Positions 1-7,989 of a stretch of 29,003 bases of DNA are shown here, in pieces. Position 1 is the first letter of the stretch. The number at the start of each line of letters is the position of its first letter. The stretch is from an uncultured Legionella sp. (GTDB lineage Bacteria; Pseudomonadota; Gammaproteobacteria; Legionellales; Legionellaceae): assembly GCA_903885895.1 (NCBI GenBank), contig CAISKC010000126.1, positions 1 to 29,003 on the forward strand. The letters run 5' to 3'. Made by a program: the position numbers and the translations under genes. The notes beneath the pieces are model-generated. The model ran no database searches, was not told the DNA's origin, and saw only the letters and a list, made by a program, of their open reading frames with translations.

Positions 1-686
1 AGCAAAGATAAAGATAACATGATGGTGGTGATGAAAGGTCTATAGTGGTTGCTTTCTTTTAAAGTCGGATTCGGTGTTTTGAATAATAACTGAGGTTTAT
101 AGATACGATGACGCTGAATAATTTTATGAAGATCTTCCATTAAATTTTCTAACACTTGCCGCCCGTCTGTACGCAGATGTTGTTCTCCCTCAAAGCCAGC
201 GATGAGGCAGTAATAAGCCAGCTCTAAGAGATCTAGGTATTGACTCCCATGGTCTTTGAGATGCGTTATGATGATGAAAAATTGAGACTCAGGCCCTAGA
301 TCATTGGCATTACTTGGTGTGAAGGCTTTGAATGCAGTAGGTTGGCCATATACGCGCAGATAATTTTTCCCTAGCAATTCGTCAATGGTCGCACTCAATA
401 AGTAATAGGCTAAAGCAATGGTGTCTTCTGCTGATTGCTGATTGACCAAGCGACTGTGAACGGCAAATAATTCATGTTCAAGATTCTCGCGCATGCTATC
501 CACTGCGGGCAATGTTTGACTGACGCATAAACGTTCTAATATAGATAAGACAGGACTTGCAGCCGCGACCAGCGGGTTGCTGGCCGCGTTAGAAGAAAAT
601 AATTTCGAGCGGAAATAGCCGGCCGGGGCTTGAATAGCCAATGGCAGCGTGAAAGGTTGCCCTGACACTTGAAGTTCGGCCGACAT
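1..686 (-). CDS. icmH: Type IVB secretion system protein IcmH/DotU (DotU/TssL family), 3' end runs off the window
   Basis: Not in the ORF track (no stop inside the window). Manual translation from ATG at 686 is open for 228 codons to the edge: MSAELQVSGQPFTLPLAIQAPAGYFRSKLFSSNAASNPLVAAASPVLSILERLCVSQTLP...AYYLLSATIDELLGKNYLRVY...YLDLLELAYYCLIAGFEGEQHLRTDGRQVLENLMEDL...RPFITTIMLSLSL. NPLVAAA, Y.L.ATIDE and LEL.Y.CL..GFEG...DGR are DotU-family motifs; a hydrophobic anchor begins at the edge. SD-like GAGGAG overlaps the ctpA stop, 8 nt before ATG. Confidence 0.85.
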   Translation of the reverse strand, partial: MSAELQVSGQPFTLPLAIQAPAGYFRSKLFSSNAASNPLVAAASPVLSILERLCVSQTLPAVDSMRENLEHELFAVHSRLVNQQSAEDTIALAYYLLSATIDELLGKNYLRVYGQPTAFKAFTPSNANDLGPESQFFIIITHLKDHGSQYLDLLELAYYCLIAGFEGEQHLRTDGRQVLENLMEDLHKIIQRHRIYKPQLLFKTPNPTLKESNHYRPFITTIMLSLSL

Positions 687-698
687 CCAAAAAGCTCC

Positions 699-2036
699 TC
701 ATCGTTGCACCGACAACCCTTTCAAAATGGTTAATGCGGCATATAATTGATAATCATCATGTAGTAAGGTAGTTTCGTCAAGTGTTGGCTTATCGTTATT
801 TACCTTTTGAATTAGATTACCATTATTGAGGTGTCGGCTCAATTCAGATTCCGAAAGATCTATGAAACTTGTTTTTTCTGTGTTTTTTGACATGGTCATT
901 TCTTCTACAACAATATCAGGTTTGATCCCTTCGGCTTGAATGGATTTGCCGGAAGGGGTGTAATATAATGCAGTGGTTAATTTGATAGCACGTTTATCAT
1001 CTAGTGGCAATACGGTTTGTACAGAGCCTTTGCCGAAGCTGCGTGTCCCTACGATGATGGCTCTCTTATTGTCTTTTAAGGCTCCGGCAACGATTTCAGA
1101 GGCAGAAGCGGAACCACCGTTAATTAATACGATCATGGGTGCATTATTCAGAATGTCTTTCGTGTTAGCCATAGCGGTAAATTTGGATCCAGGGAGTCGT
1201 CCTTGAGTAAATACAATCATTTCTCGCTTGCCATTTTTTTCTTTTTCTAAGAAGGCCCCAGAAATTTGAATAGCTGAATCTAATAGTCCTCCAGGATTAT
1301 TTCGCAAATCTAAGATGAATCCTTTGAGGTGTCCGCCAGCTTTTTGCTTTAAAGATGCAATTGCGCTGAGCATCTCTTTGCCTGTCATGGTTTGGAATTG
1401 GGTTAGACGCACGTATCCATATTCTTTGTCCAATAAACGGTCTTTGACGCTTTTGATTTCTATGTTTTCTCGTACAATGGAAAAAACAAGTGGTTTGGGA
1501 TTGCCTTTGCGGATAACCGTCAATTTGATAGCAGTACCTGGTTTGCCGCGCATCATGTTTACAGCATCTTTTAACTCTAGGCCTTGGACGTAACTTTGAT
1601 CGAGCTTAATGATATAATCTCCTGGTTTGATGCCGGCCTTGAAGGCTGGCGCATCGATCAAAGGGGAGATGACTTTGATGACCCCATCTTCAATAGTAAC
1701 TTCTATGCCTACACCACCAAATGCGCCATTCGTCGAGGATGTCAATTCTTTAAACTCAATTTCATCTAAATAAGCTGAATGCGGGTCTAAGCCGCTTAAC
1801 ATGCCGCGAATGGCATTATCAAATAATGCTTTATCATTTGTTTCATTTACATAGAAGTGTTTAATCAAACTGATGGCTCTGGAGAACCTTTCTACGTCTT
1901 CCATTTGGATTTGTTGTTCGGCAACATCTTCTTCACCCATCATTTCCCGCGTAGGGATAGCGTAGGCTGCTAAAGAAATAGAGAGAGTGAGCGTGGTTAG
2001 TGCTACAGGAATACAGTTGCTGATATGCTTAAACAT
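699..2036 (-). CDS. ctpA: Carboxyl-terminal processing protease, S41A family, with PDZ domain
   Basis: 445 aa; N-terminal signal-like segment; LDPHSAYL, GGVGIEV, PDZ (PAFKAGIKPGD), LDLRNNPGGLL, catalytic Ser (SASASEI) and Lys (FGKGSVQ). Confidence 0.95.
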   Translation of the reverse strand: MFKHISNCIPVALTTLTLSISLAAYAIPTREMMGEEDVAEQQIQMEDVERFSRAISLIKHFYVNETNDKALFDNAIRGMLSGLDPHSAYLDEIEFKELTSSTNGAFGGVGIEVTIEDGVIKVISPLIDAPAFKAGIKPGDYIIKLDQSYVQGLELKDAVNMMRGKPGTAIKLTVIRKGNPKPLVFSIVRENIEIKSVKDRLLDKEYGYVRLTQFQTMTGKEMLSAIASLKQKAGGHLKGFILDLRNNPGGLLDSAIQISGAFLEKEKNGKREMIVFTQGRLPGSKFTAMANTKDILNNAPMIVLINGGSASASEIVAGALKDNKRAIIVGTRSFGKGSVQTVLPLDDKRAIKLTTALYYTPSGKSIQAEGIKPDIVVEEMTMSKNTEKTSFIDLSESELSRHLNNGNLIQKVNNDKPTLDETTLLHDDYQLYAALTILKGLSVQR

Positions 2037-2289
2037 GAATTTTACCCCAGGAATAACATATTCGATATTATTCAGTATAGCTCAATCTGAGGTGGTCAAT
2101 GGGTGTTGCTGTAAAAAATCGCCTGGTTATCAAAAATTTTCCTGTAAACTTCTACGCTTTACCGCGCATTTTATTTGCACTGTGATCCGGGTAATGGGTT
2201 AAATAGGTCATTTTTTCAACAGTTGTTGGATATGTGGGACCAACCAATCTAGATAAGACTGGATAATACTGTGTTCGATTTGTATATTT

Positions 2290-2348
2290 TAGGACTTACG
2301 CAAAATCCCGATTTCTTCGTTCGATTTAGGTATTTTGCGTAAGTCCTA
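2290..2348. mobile_element. 59-bp MITE-like element with 17-bp perfect terminal inverted repeats and 5-bp flanking direct repeat
   Basis: TAGGACTTACGCAAAAT (2290-2306) and ATTTTGCGTAAGTCCTA (2332-2348) are exact reverse complements; TATTT flanks both sides (2285-2289, 2349-2353). Lies 18 nt past the envC stop. Confidence 0.7.
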
Positions 2349-2366
2349 TATTTACTTCATAAATGC

Positions 2367-3476
2367 TCATGTCTTAGATAACCAATCTAGCGGAGAGATG
2401 GCTTTGCCATTTTTTCTGACTTCGAAATACAAGCCAGGTTGTTTCGAAATGCCACCATGTCCGACGGTCGCGATTTGTTCACCTTGGTTTACTGTATCGC
2501 CCATATGTTTCATCAGGCTATGATTATTCGCATATAATGTCATGAGGCCCCAACCATGGTCAACGATCATTAAGAGTCCATACCCATTTAACCACTCGCA
2601 AAATACTACTTTTCCAGGATAGATGGCATGCACGGGTGTTCCTTCTGGACCGTACAGCATAATGCCTTGATGCAATGTATGGATTTGGCTGGCATCCACA
2701 TTGATAGGGTTCGGCAGTTTTCGTTTCATAGAGGACATGGCATGGTGGGTGCGAGTCACGGATGCTTGATTAAGCTTGTGTATGATTTTTGATAAATTAT
2801 CACGATTCCTTTCATAATGACCCAATGTGGTTTCTTGTGTGAGCATTTGTTGATGCACAGATTGGAGTACAGTTTGATAGTGATTTTTATGGAGCTGTAA
2901 TTGTCGTTGTTCAAGTTGCGCTTGGATCTGCATACGATGTAGGGCTGCAACTTCGTGTTGTAGAGTATGTTGCGCTTTTTGTAAAACATTTTGTGTGCTT
3001 TTGATCTCTTGCAAGAGATATTCGTGAGCATGGATAGTATATTGATAATAAGTCAGGAGTTTATCTATGTCGTTTTTTTGCGCAGGGTTGAAGATCCATG
3101 CCAAAGGCTGATGCGGTGGTTTTTTATAGCGTGCTTTGATTTGCTGTGTGAGCAATGTTTGTAGATGCGCATATTTTTGACTGGAATCTGATATTTTTTG
3201 TTCAATTTGAATGATGTCCATCTTTTTCAAAGAGATTTTTTGCTGAATTGTACGCAATGTTTGTTCATTATTTTTGATTGTTTTGTCAGTAGCAGTTAAT
3301 TCACGATGTAATTGTGTTTGTTGCGTATGTGAGTGCGTTAAGTCTTTTTGCAAGACAGAAATTTTGTGATCTAATTGCTGTAAGCTGCGCTGTGTGTCTG
3401 ACATAATTTGACTATGTGTGATGCTAGGATGTAGGCACAAGGTCATTCCAAATGCAGTGAGGGATCTTTTAAACAT
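2367..3476 (-). CDS. envC: Murein hydrolase activator EnvC-like protein (coiled coil + degenerate M23/LytM domain)
   Basis: Likely start ATG 3476 (MFKRS..., 8-nt overlap with the gpmI stop). Long Gln-rich coiled coil, then LytM domain (GTPVHAIYPGKVVF..WLNGYGLLMIVDHG...LYFEVRKNGKAISPLDWL) lacking the Zn-binding HxH, as in EnvC; canonical position between gpmI and ctpA. Confidence 0.85.
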   Translation of the reverse strand: MFKRSLTAFGMTLCLHPSITHSQIMSDTQRSLQQLDHKISVLQKDLTHSHTQQTQLHRELTATDKTIKNNEQTLRTIQQKISLKKMDIIQIEQKISDSSQKYAHLQTLLTQQIKARYKKPPHQPLAWIFNPAQKNDIDKLLTYYQYTIHAHEYLLQEIKSTQNVLQKAQHTLQHEVAALHRMQIQAQLEQRQLQLHKNHYQTVLQSVHQQMLTQETTLGHYERNRDNLSKIIHKLNQASVTRTHHAMSSMKRKLPNPINVDASQIHTLHQGIMLYGPEGTPVHAIYPGKVVFCEWLNGYGLLMIVDHGWGLMTLYANNHSLMKHMGDTVNQGEQIATVGHGGISKQPGLYFEVRKNGKAISPLDWLSKT

Positions 3477-5007
3477 GATTGGCCCACAACGCATGGCCTG
3501 TCATTTCTTTAGGAGGTTGGATGCCTAATAAAGTCAGAATAGTGGGCGCAATGTCAATTAAGCTTCCCAGTTCTTGCTGAAATTGCCGTTGTGGGTCGCC
3601 GACGTACAGAAAAGGGACGGGTGAACAAGTGTGTGCAGTATGAGGTTGCTGGGTTTGGTCATCAAACATAAATTCTGCATTACCATGATCTGCTGTGATA
3701 AATAAATGTCCGTTTACTTGTTGGATGGCCGCCCCAATTTTTTCTAAGGCGTGGTCAATGGCTTCTATGGCAGCAACTGTTGCCTGAAAATGACCAGAAT
3801 GCCCCACCATATCAGCATTAGCAAAATTGCAAATAATCACATCAAAATGTTGTGATGTGATGGCATCAATCAAAGCTGTTGCAAGTTGCGCGACACTCAT
3901 TTCAGGCTGTAAATCGTAGGTGGCAACTTGTGGCGATGGGATCATGATACGCTCTTCTCGTTTAAATTTACAATTTTCCCCGCCGTTGAAAAAGAAGGTG
4001 ACATGTGCATATTTTTCGGTTTCGGCAATTCGCAATTGACATAATTCATGCTGTGCTAGGACTTCACCGAAGGTCTGTTGTAAATGACGAGGTGGGAAAA
4101 CCGATTCAGTAGGTAATTGCGGATCATAGGGTGTCATGCTAACAAAATGAGCTAAATGCGGTACGGTTTGGCGTGTAAACCCCTGAAAATCGGGTGCAAG
4201 AAATGCCGCAGTTAATTGTTTTGCACGATCCGCGCGGAAATTAAAATAAAAAAGCGCGTCTCCGTCGGCGATGGGTGTGGGTGACCCAATTTGAGTGGGT
4301 GGAAAAAATTCATCGCTGAGTCCTTGATCGTAATAAGCATGGATGGCTTCTTCTACGCTGGCGTATTGATGAGGGCTGTGGCCAGTTGTTAAGAGCTGGT
4401 ATACCGGCTCAATACGAGGCCAACGCTGATCGCGATCCATGGCCCAATATCGTCCACACAGGGAACGTACTTTACCAACTGGGTATTGGTGAAGTATCGT
4501 TTGCAATGATTGGAAACTTTCTTGAATTTGTTTAGGCGGTACGTCGCGACCGTCTAAAAACAGATGGATATTGATTTGAGTGTAATGCTGTTTTGCACAT
4601 AGTTTGAGAAATGCAAAGAGATGATTTTGATGGCTATGGACACCTCCATGCGACAGTAAGCCCATGATGTGAATGGCTTTTTTTGTGTCTTTGGCATCCT
4701 GAATCATACGAAGCAAGACAGGGTTGTTCTCAAAATCACCCGTCTCAATAGCTTGATTGATAAAGGTCAAATCTTGTAATATTTTTCGTCCTGCCCCAAT
4801 ATGCATGTGTCCTACTTCGGAATTTCCCATTTGGCCAGTGGGCAGGCCGACAGCTGTCCCAGAGGCATCAAGCAAGACATGTGGGCATGTTTGCCACCAA
4901 TGAGTCCATTGTGGAGTATGCGCTGCTGCAATGGCGTTTTGACTAGGATTTTCGCGATAACCCCATCCATCTAGGATAATCAGAACGACTGCTTTTTTAT
5001 TTACCAT
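3469..5007 (-). CDS. gpmI: 2,3-bisphosphoglycerate-independent phosphoglycerate mutase
   Basis: ILDGWG, GLPTGQMGNSEVGH (catalytic Ser), HLFLDGRD, GRYWAMDRD, NFRADRA, AETEKYAHVTFFFNGG, NFANADMVGH, TADHGNAE. Start ATG 5007 preferred over GTG 5016. Confidence 0.97.
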   Translation of the reverse strand: MVNKKAVVLIILDGWGYRENPSQNAIAAAHTPQWTHWWQTCPHVLLDASGTAVGLPTGQMGNSEVGHMHIGAGRKILQDLTFINQAIETGDFENNPVLLRMIQDAKDTKKAIHIMGLLSHGGVHSHQNHLFAFLKLCAKQHYTQINIHLFLDGRDVPPKQIQESFQSLQTILHQYPVGKVRSLCGRYWAMDRDQRWPRIEPVYQLLTTGHSPHQYASVEEAIHAYYDQGLSDEFFPPTQIGSPTPIADGDALFYFNFRADRAKQLTAAFLAPDFQGFTRQTVPHLAHFVSMTPYDPQLPTESVFPPRHLQQTFGEVLAQHELCQLRIAETEKYAHVTFFFNGGENCKFKREERIMIPSPQVATYDLQPEMSVAQLATALIDAITSQHFDVIICNFANADMVGHSGHFQATVAAIEAIDHALEKIGAAIQQVNGHLFITADHGNAEFMFDDQTQQPHTAHTCSPVPFLYVGDPQRQFQQELGSLIDIAPTILTLLGIQPPKEMTGHALWANHV

Positions 5008-5076
5008 AATTGCCACTTAATTTTTTTTCATAAAGAGGGTAAACTATAGGCCATTTTTGTCAATGGAAGAAGTAGT

Positions 5077-5811
5077 TTGAAGCAAAAAATACCACAGCAT
5101 GTGGCCATTATTATGGATGGCAACGGTCGTTGGGCCGAACAACGTGGATTAGCGCGCAGCGAAGGGCACCGCAAAGGTGCGGAAGTTGTTAAAAAAATTG
5201 TTCGTGCTTGTGTGGACAAACAGATTCCAGTTTTAAGTGTTTGGGCTTTTGGACGAGATAATTGGGCTCGACCGGCATCAGAGGTAGATTTCTTGATGCA
5301 ATTACTCTTATCTGTATTAGATCTTGAGTTGGATGAATTACATCAGGCGGGTGTGCGTTTGGTTTTTACTGGGGATAGAATAGGGTTGTCAGAGATATTA
5401 CAGCAAGCTATCACGACCGCAGAAGCGTACACGGCAAACAATGAATGTTTGATTTTGAATGTGGTTTTTAATTACAGCGGTAAATGGGATATTTTACAAA
5501 GCGTGAAAAAAATAGCGCAAGATGTGGTGGATGGTGATATAAGTATCCAGGATATTGATGCCGCATTGTTTTCTTCTTATCTAAGTACCCACTATTTGCC
5601 TGATCCAGATTTATTTATTCGGACTAGTGGTGAGCAGCGAATCAGTGATTTTTTTCTGTGGCAATTGGCGTATACAGAATTGTACTTTTCTGAGCTAAGT
5701 TGGCCAGATTTCACGGCTGAAGAATTTACTGCCGCGATCAATTTCTTTGCGGAACGTGAGCGACGTTATGGAAAAACCTCAAAACAATTGGAAGAAAAAA
5801 CCTATGTTTAA
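5077..5811 (+). CDS. uppS: Undecaprenyl diphosphate synthase (cis-prenyltransferase)
   Basis: TTG start; PQHVAIIMDGNGRWA, GHRKG, NW.RP, PDLFIRTSGEQRIS.F.LWQLAYTELYF; first gene of the uppS-cdsA-rseP-bamA cluster. Confidence 0.94.
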   Translation: MKQKIPQHVAIIMDGNGRWAEQRGLARSEGHRKGAEVVKKIVRACVDKQIPVLSVWAFGRDNWARPASEVDFLMQLLLSVLDLELDELHQAGVRLVFTGDRIGLSEILQQAITTAEAYTANNECLILNVVFNYSGKWDILQSVKKIAQDVVDGDISIQDIDAALFSSYLSTHYLPDPDLFIRTSGEQRISDFFLWQLAYTELYFSELSWPDFTAEEFTAAINFFAERERRYGKTSKQLEEKTYV

Positions 5812-6589
5812 GCAGCGATTTTTTACAGCCATTATTCTAATTCCTCTGGTTTTGATGGGTATTTATTATGCAAACGATGCTGTGTTACTGGGTATCATTG
5901 GGATAATGACTGTAGCGATGGGATGGGAGTGGTCAGCATTAATCCCTATCGAAGGGCCTGCTACGAAATGGCTCTTTGTCGGAGTGCTTGCTTTACTTAT
6001 TTGGCCAATGCATTTGGTTTTAACCCCATGCTTATGGGCGAATCCTATTCTTTGGTTTGGTATTTTGTTGGCAGTTGTGCTTTATCCGAAATCACGCCCA
6101 GTTTGGGGGCATGCTTGGCTGATGTTAGGGGTGGCATGGTTTTCTTTGAGCCTGTTTGCTAATGGGATGTGGGCATTGTTTCATCATGAGCAAGGCCGCT
6201 CATTATTGGTTTATTTGCTGTGTTTGGTATGGGCGACGGATATTGGGGCGTATATGTTTGGAAAATTATGGGGAAAACATCGCCTTATTCCTCAGGTAAG
6301 TCCTGGTAAAACATTTGAAGGATCGTTAGGGGGTCTGATTCTAGGTCTAGGTGTTGGCGTGTTGGGATATGTGTATTTTCAGCCGCAGCATGTTTATAGT
6401 TGGTTTGTCCAGGCTGTCGCCTTGATTGGGGTCTCTATGTTGGGTGATTTATGGATGAGTATGCTAAAACGCCGGGTACAGATAAAAGACACAGGACATA
6501 TTTTACCTGGTCATGGAGGTATCTTAGATCGTTTGGATAGTTTGATTGCAAGTCTGCCATTTTTTTACTTATTTATGCAAAGTTGCTAG
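5804..6589 (+). CDS. cdsA: Phosphatidate cytidylyltransferase
   Basis: Likely start ATG 5804 (MFKQRFFTAIIL) overlapping the uppS stop by 8 nt; polytopic membrane protein with WATDIGAY, SPGKTFEG, GDLWMSMLKR...IKDTGHILPGHGGILDRLDS. Confidence 0.94.
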   Translation: MFKQRFFTAIILIPLVLMGIYYANDAVLLGIIGIMTVAMGWEWSALIPIEGPATKWLFVGVLALLIWPMHLVLTPCLWANPILWFGILLAVVLYPKSRPVWGHAWLMLGVAWFSLSLFANGMWALFHHEQGRSLLVYLLCLVWATDIGAYMFGKLWGKHRLIPQVSPGKTFEGSLGGLILGLGVGVLGYVYFQPQHVYSWFVQAVALIGVSMLGDLWMSMLKRRVQIKDTGHILPGHGGILDRLDSLIASLPFFYLFMQSC

Positions 6590-7929
6590 GACCTATAGTG
6601 TATTCGGTATTTTATTTTGTTTTGACTCTGTTATTACTGGTTTTCGTGCATGAATCAGGCCATTTCTTGGTCGCACGTTGGTGTGGTGTCAAAGTGTTGC
6701 GCTGTTCTTTTGGATTCGGAAAAGTATTAAGTACATGGCATGACAAACGTGGTACTGAATATGTATTGTCATTATTTCCTCTCGGTGGATACGTAAAACT
6801 GCTGGATGAGAATGAGGCGCCTATAGCACGTGTTGACCGGAGTCAGTCATTTGACCATCAGCCTGTTTGGGCACGAGTAGCTATTGTGATTGCGGGTCCT
6901 TTATTCAATTTTTTATTTGCGTTTTTGATGCTGTGGATAGTGGCTATCAGCGGTATCAAATCATTTGCACCAAGAATTGAATATGTCAAACCGGGTAGTA
7001 TTGGTGCACAAGCGCATATAGGAAAGATGCAGGAAATTATAGCGCTTAATGGTAAAAAAATTAATAATTGGCGTGATGTCCATTATGTGTTGATACCGCT
7101 GCAGGGTTCAACTCGTGCTGTGTCTATCACTGTGAAAGCGCTGCACGATGGTTCTGTGACGGTTCATTATTTACCGTTGGCGCATTGGACGTTTGATACA
7201 AAACATGCTGATTTGTTAGAAAGTCTGGGAATGGTGCCTTTGTTCCCAAAACTGCCAGTCATGATCGATACGGTTTCTCCTCAGTCAGCTGCACAATCTG
7301 CTGGATTAGTACCAGGTGATGAAATCATAGCAGTGGATCATCATCCTATACTCGATTGGCGCATGTTGAGTCATTATGTGCGAGCTCGGCCAGGTGCTGA
7401 AGTGAGTATAGAAGTGTCTCGTCAAGGTAAACCCTATACGTTTGTGGTGCATTTGCAAACGAATAAGAAGGATAATACAGGGCTTTTGGGCGTCGGCGCT
7501 AAGCCGCCGGAGATTCCGGCGGATTGGTTGCGCTTAGAACGGAGTGGGCCTATTGCAGCAATTGGGCAAGCATGGGGGCAAACGCTCAGTTTTACAAAGA
7601 TGACGTTTACACTAATGGGAAGAACGGTTATAGGCAAAGTACCGTTTGAGCATTTGAGTGGTCCAATAGGCATTGCTAGAGCCGCGGGAGATGCCGTACA
7701 GTTCGGCATGGTGTATTACTTGTTTTTTGTTGCATTGTTGAGTATTAGTATCGGTGCGTTGAATTTGTTGCCAATTCCGATGTTGGATGGTGGTCGGTTG
7801 TTATATGAGTTGATTGAATTCATCCTGCGGCGTCCTTTGTCCAAAGAATTTAAAATGAAGGGTATTTTCTTGGGTATGGTGTTGGTATTGCTTCTGACCC
7901 TAGTAGCGCTTTATAACGATTTAACTTGA
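6583..7929 (+). CDS. rseP: RIP metalloprotease RseP (site-2 protease, PDZ domains)
   Basis: HESGH zinc motif, AGPLFNF, PDZ region, LSGPIGIA, NLLPIPMLDGG. TTG start overlapping the cdsA stop (start position uncertain). Confidence 0.93.
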   Translation: MLGPIVYSVFYFVLTLLLLVFVHESGHFLVARWCGVKVLRCSFGFGKVLSTWHDKRGTEYVLSLFPLGGYVKLLDENEAPIARVDRSQSFDHQPVWARVAIVIAGPLFNFLFAFLMLWIVAISGIKSFAPRIEYVKPGSIGAQAHIGKMQEIIALNGKKINNWRDVHYVLIPLQGSTRAVSITVKALHDGSVTVHYLPLAHWTFDTKHADLLESLGMVPLFPKLPVMIDTVSPQSAAQSAGLVPGDEIIAVDHHPILDWRMLSHYVRARPGAEVSIEVSRQGKPYTFVVHLQTNKKDNTGLLGVGAKPPEIPADWLRLERSGPIAAIGQAWGQTLSFTKMTFTLMGRTVIGKVPFEHLSGPIGIARAAGDAVQFGMVYYLFFVALLSISIGALNLLPIPMLDGGRLLYELIEFILRRPLSKEFKMKGIFLGMVLVLLLTLVALYNDLT

Positions 7930-7989
7930 TTGGGGGTGGGGACTCGTGTTAGGGTCGCCACAAAAATATTTTTTCAAATAATAAGAATT

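Noticed and set aside
564-588. GC-rich 10-bp inverted repeat inside icmH
   Set aside because: Encodes the conserved AASNPLVAA stretch; explained by Ala codons, and no insertion relative to the family motif is evident.
2192-2220. Sigma32-like motif upstream of ctpA (minus strand GTTGAAA-N14-ACCCATTA)
   Set aside because: Two mismatches in the -10 element, AT-rich context, and no independent support.
2367-2660. Missing zinc ligands in the M23 domain as a sign of pseudogenisation
   Set aside because: A catalytically degenerate LytM domain is the established state of EnvC.
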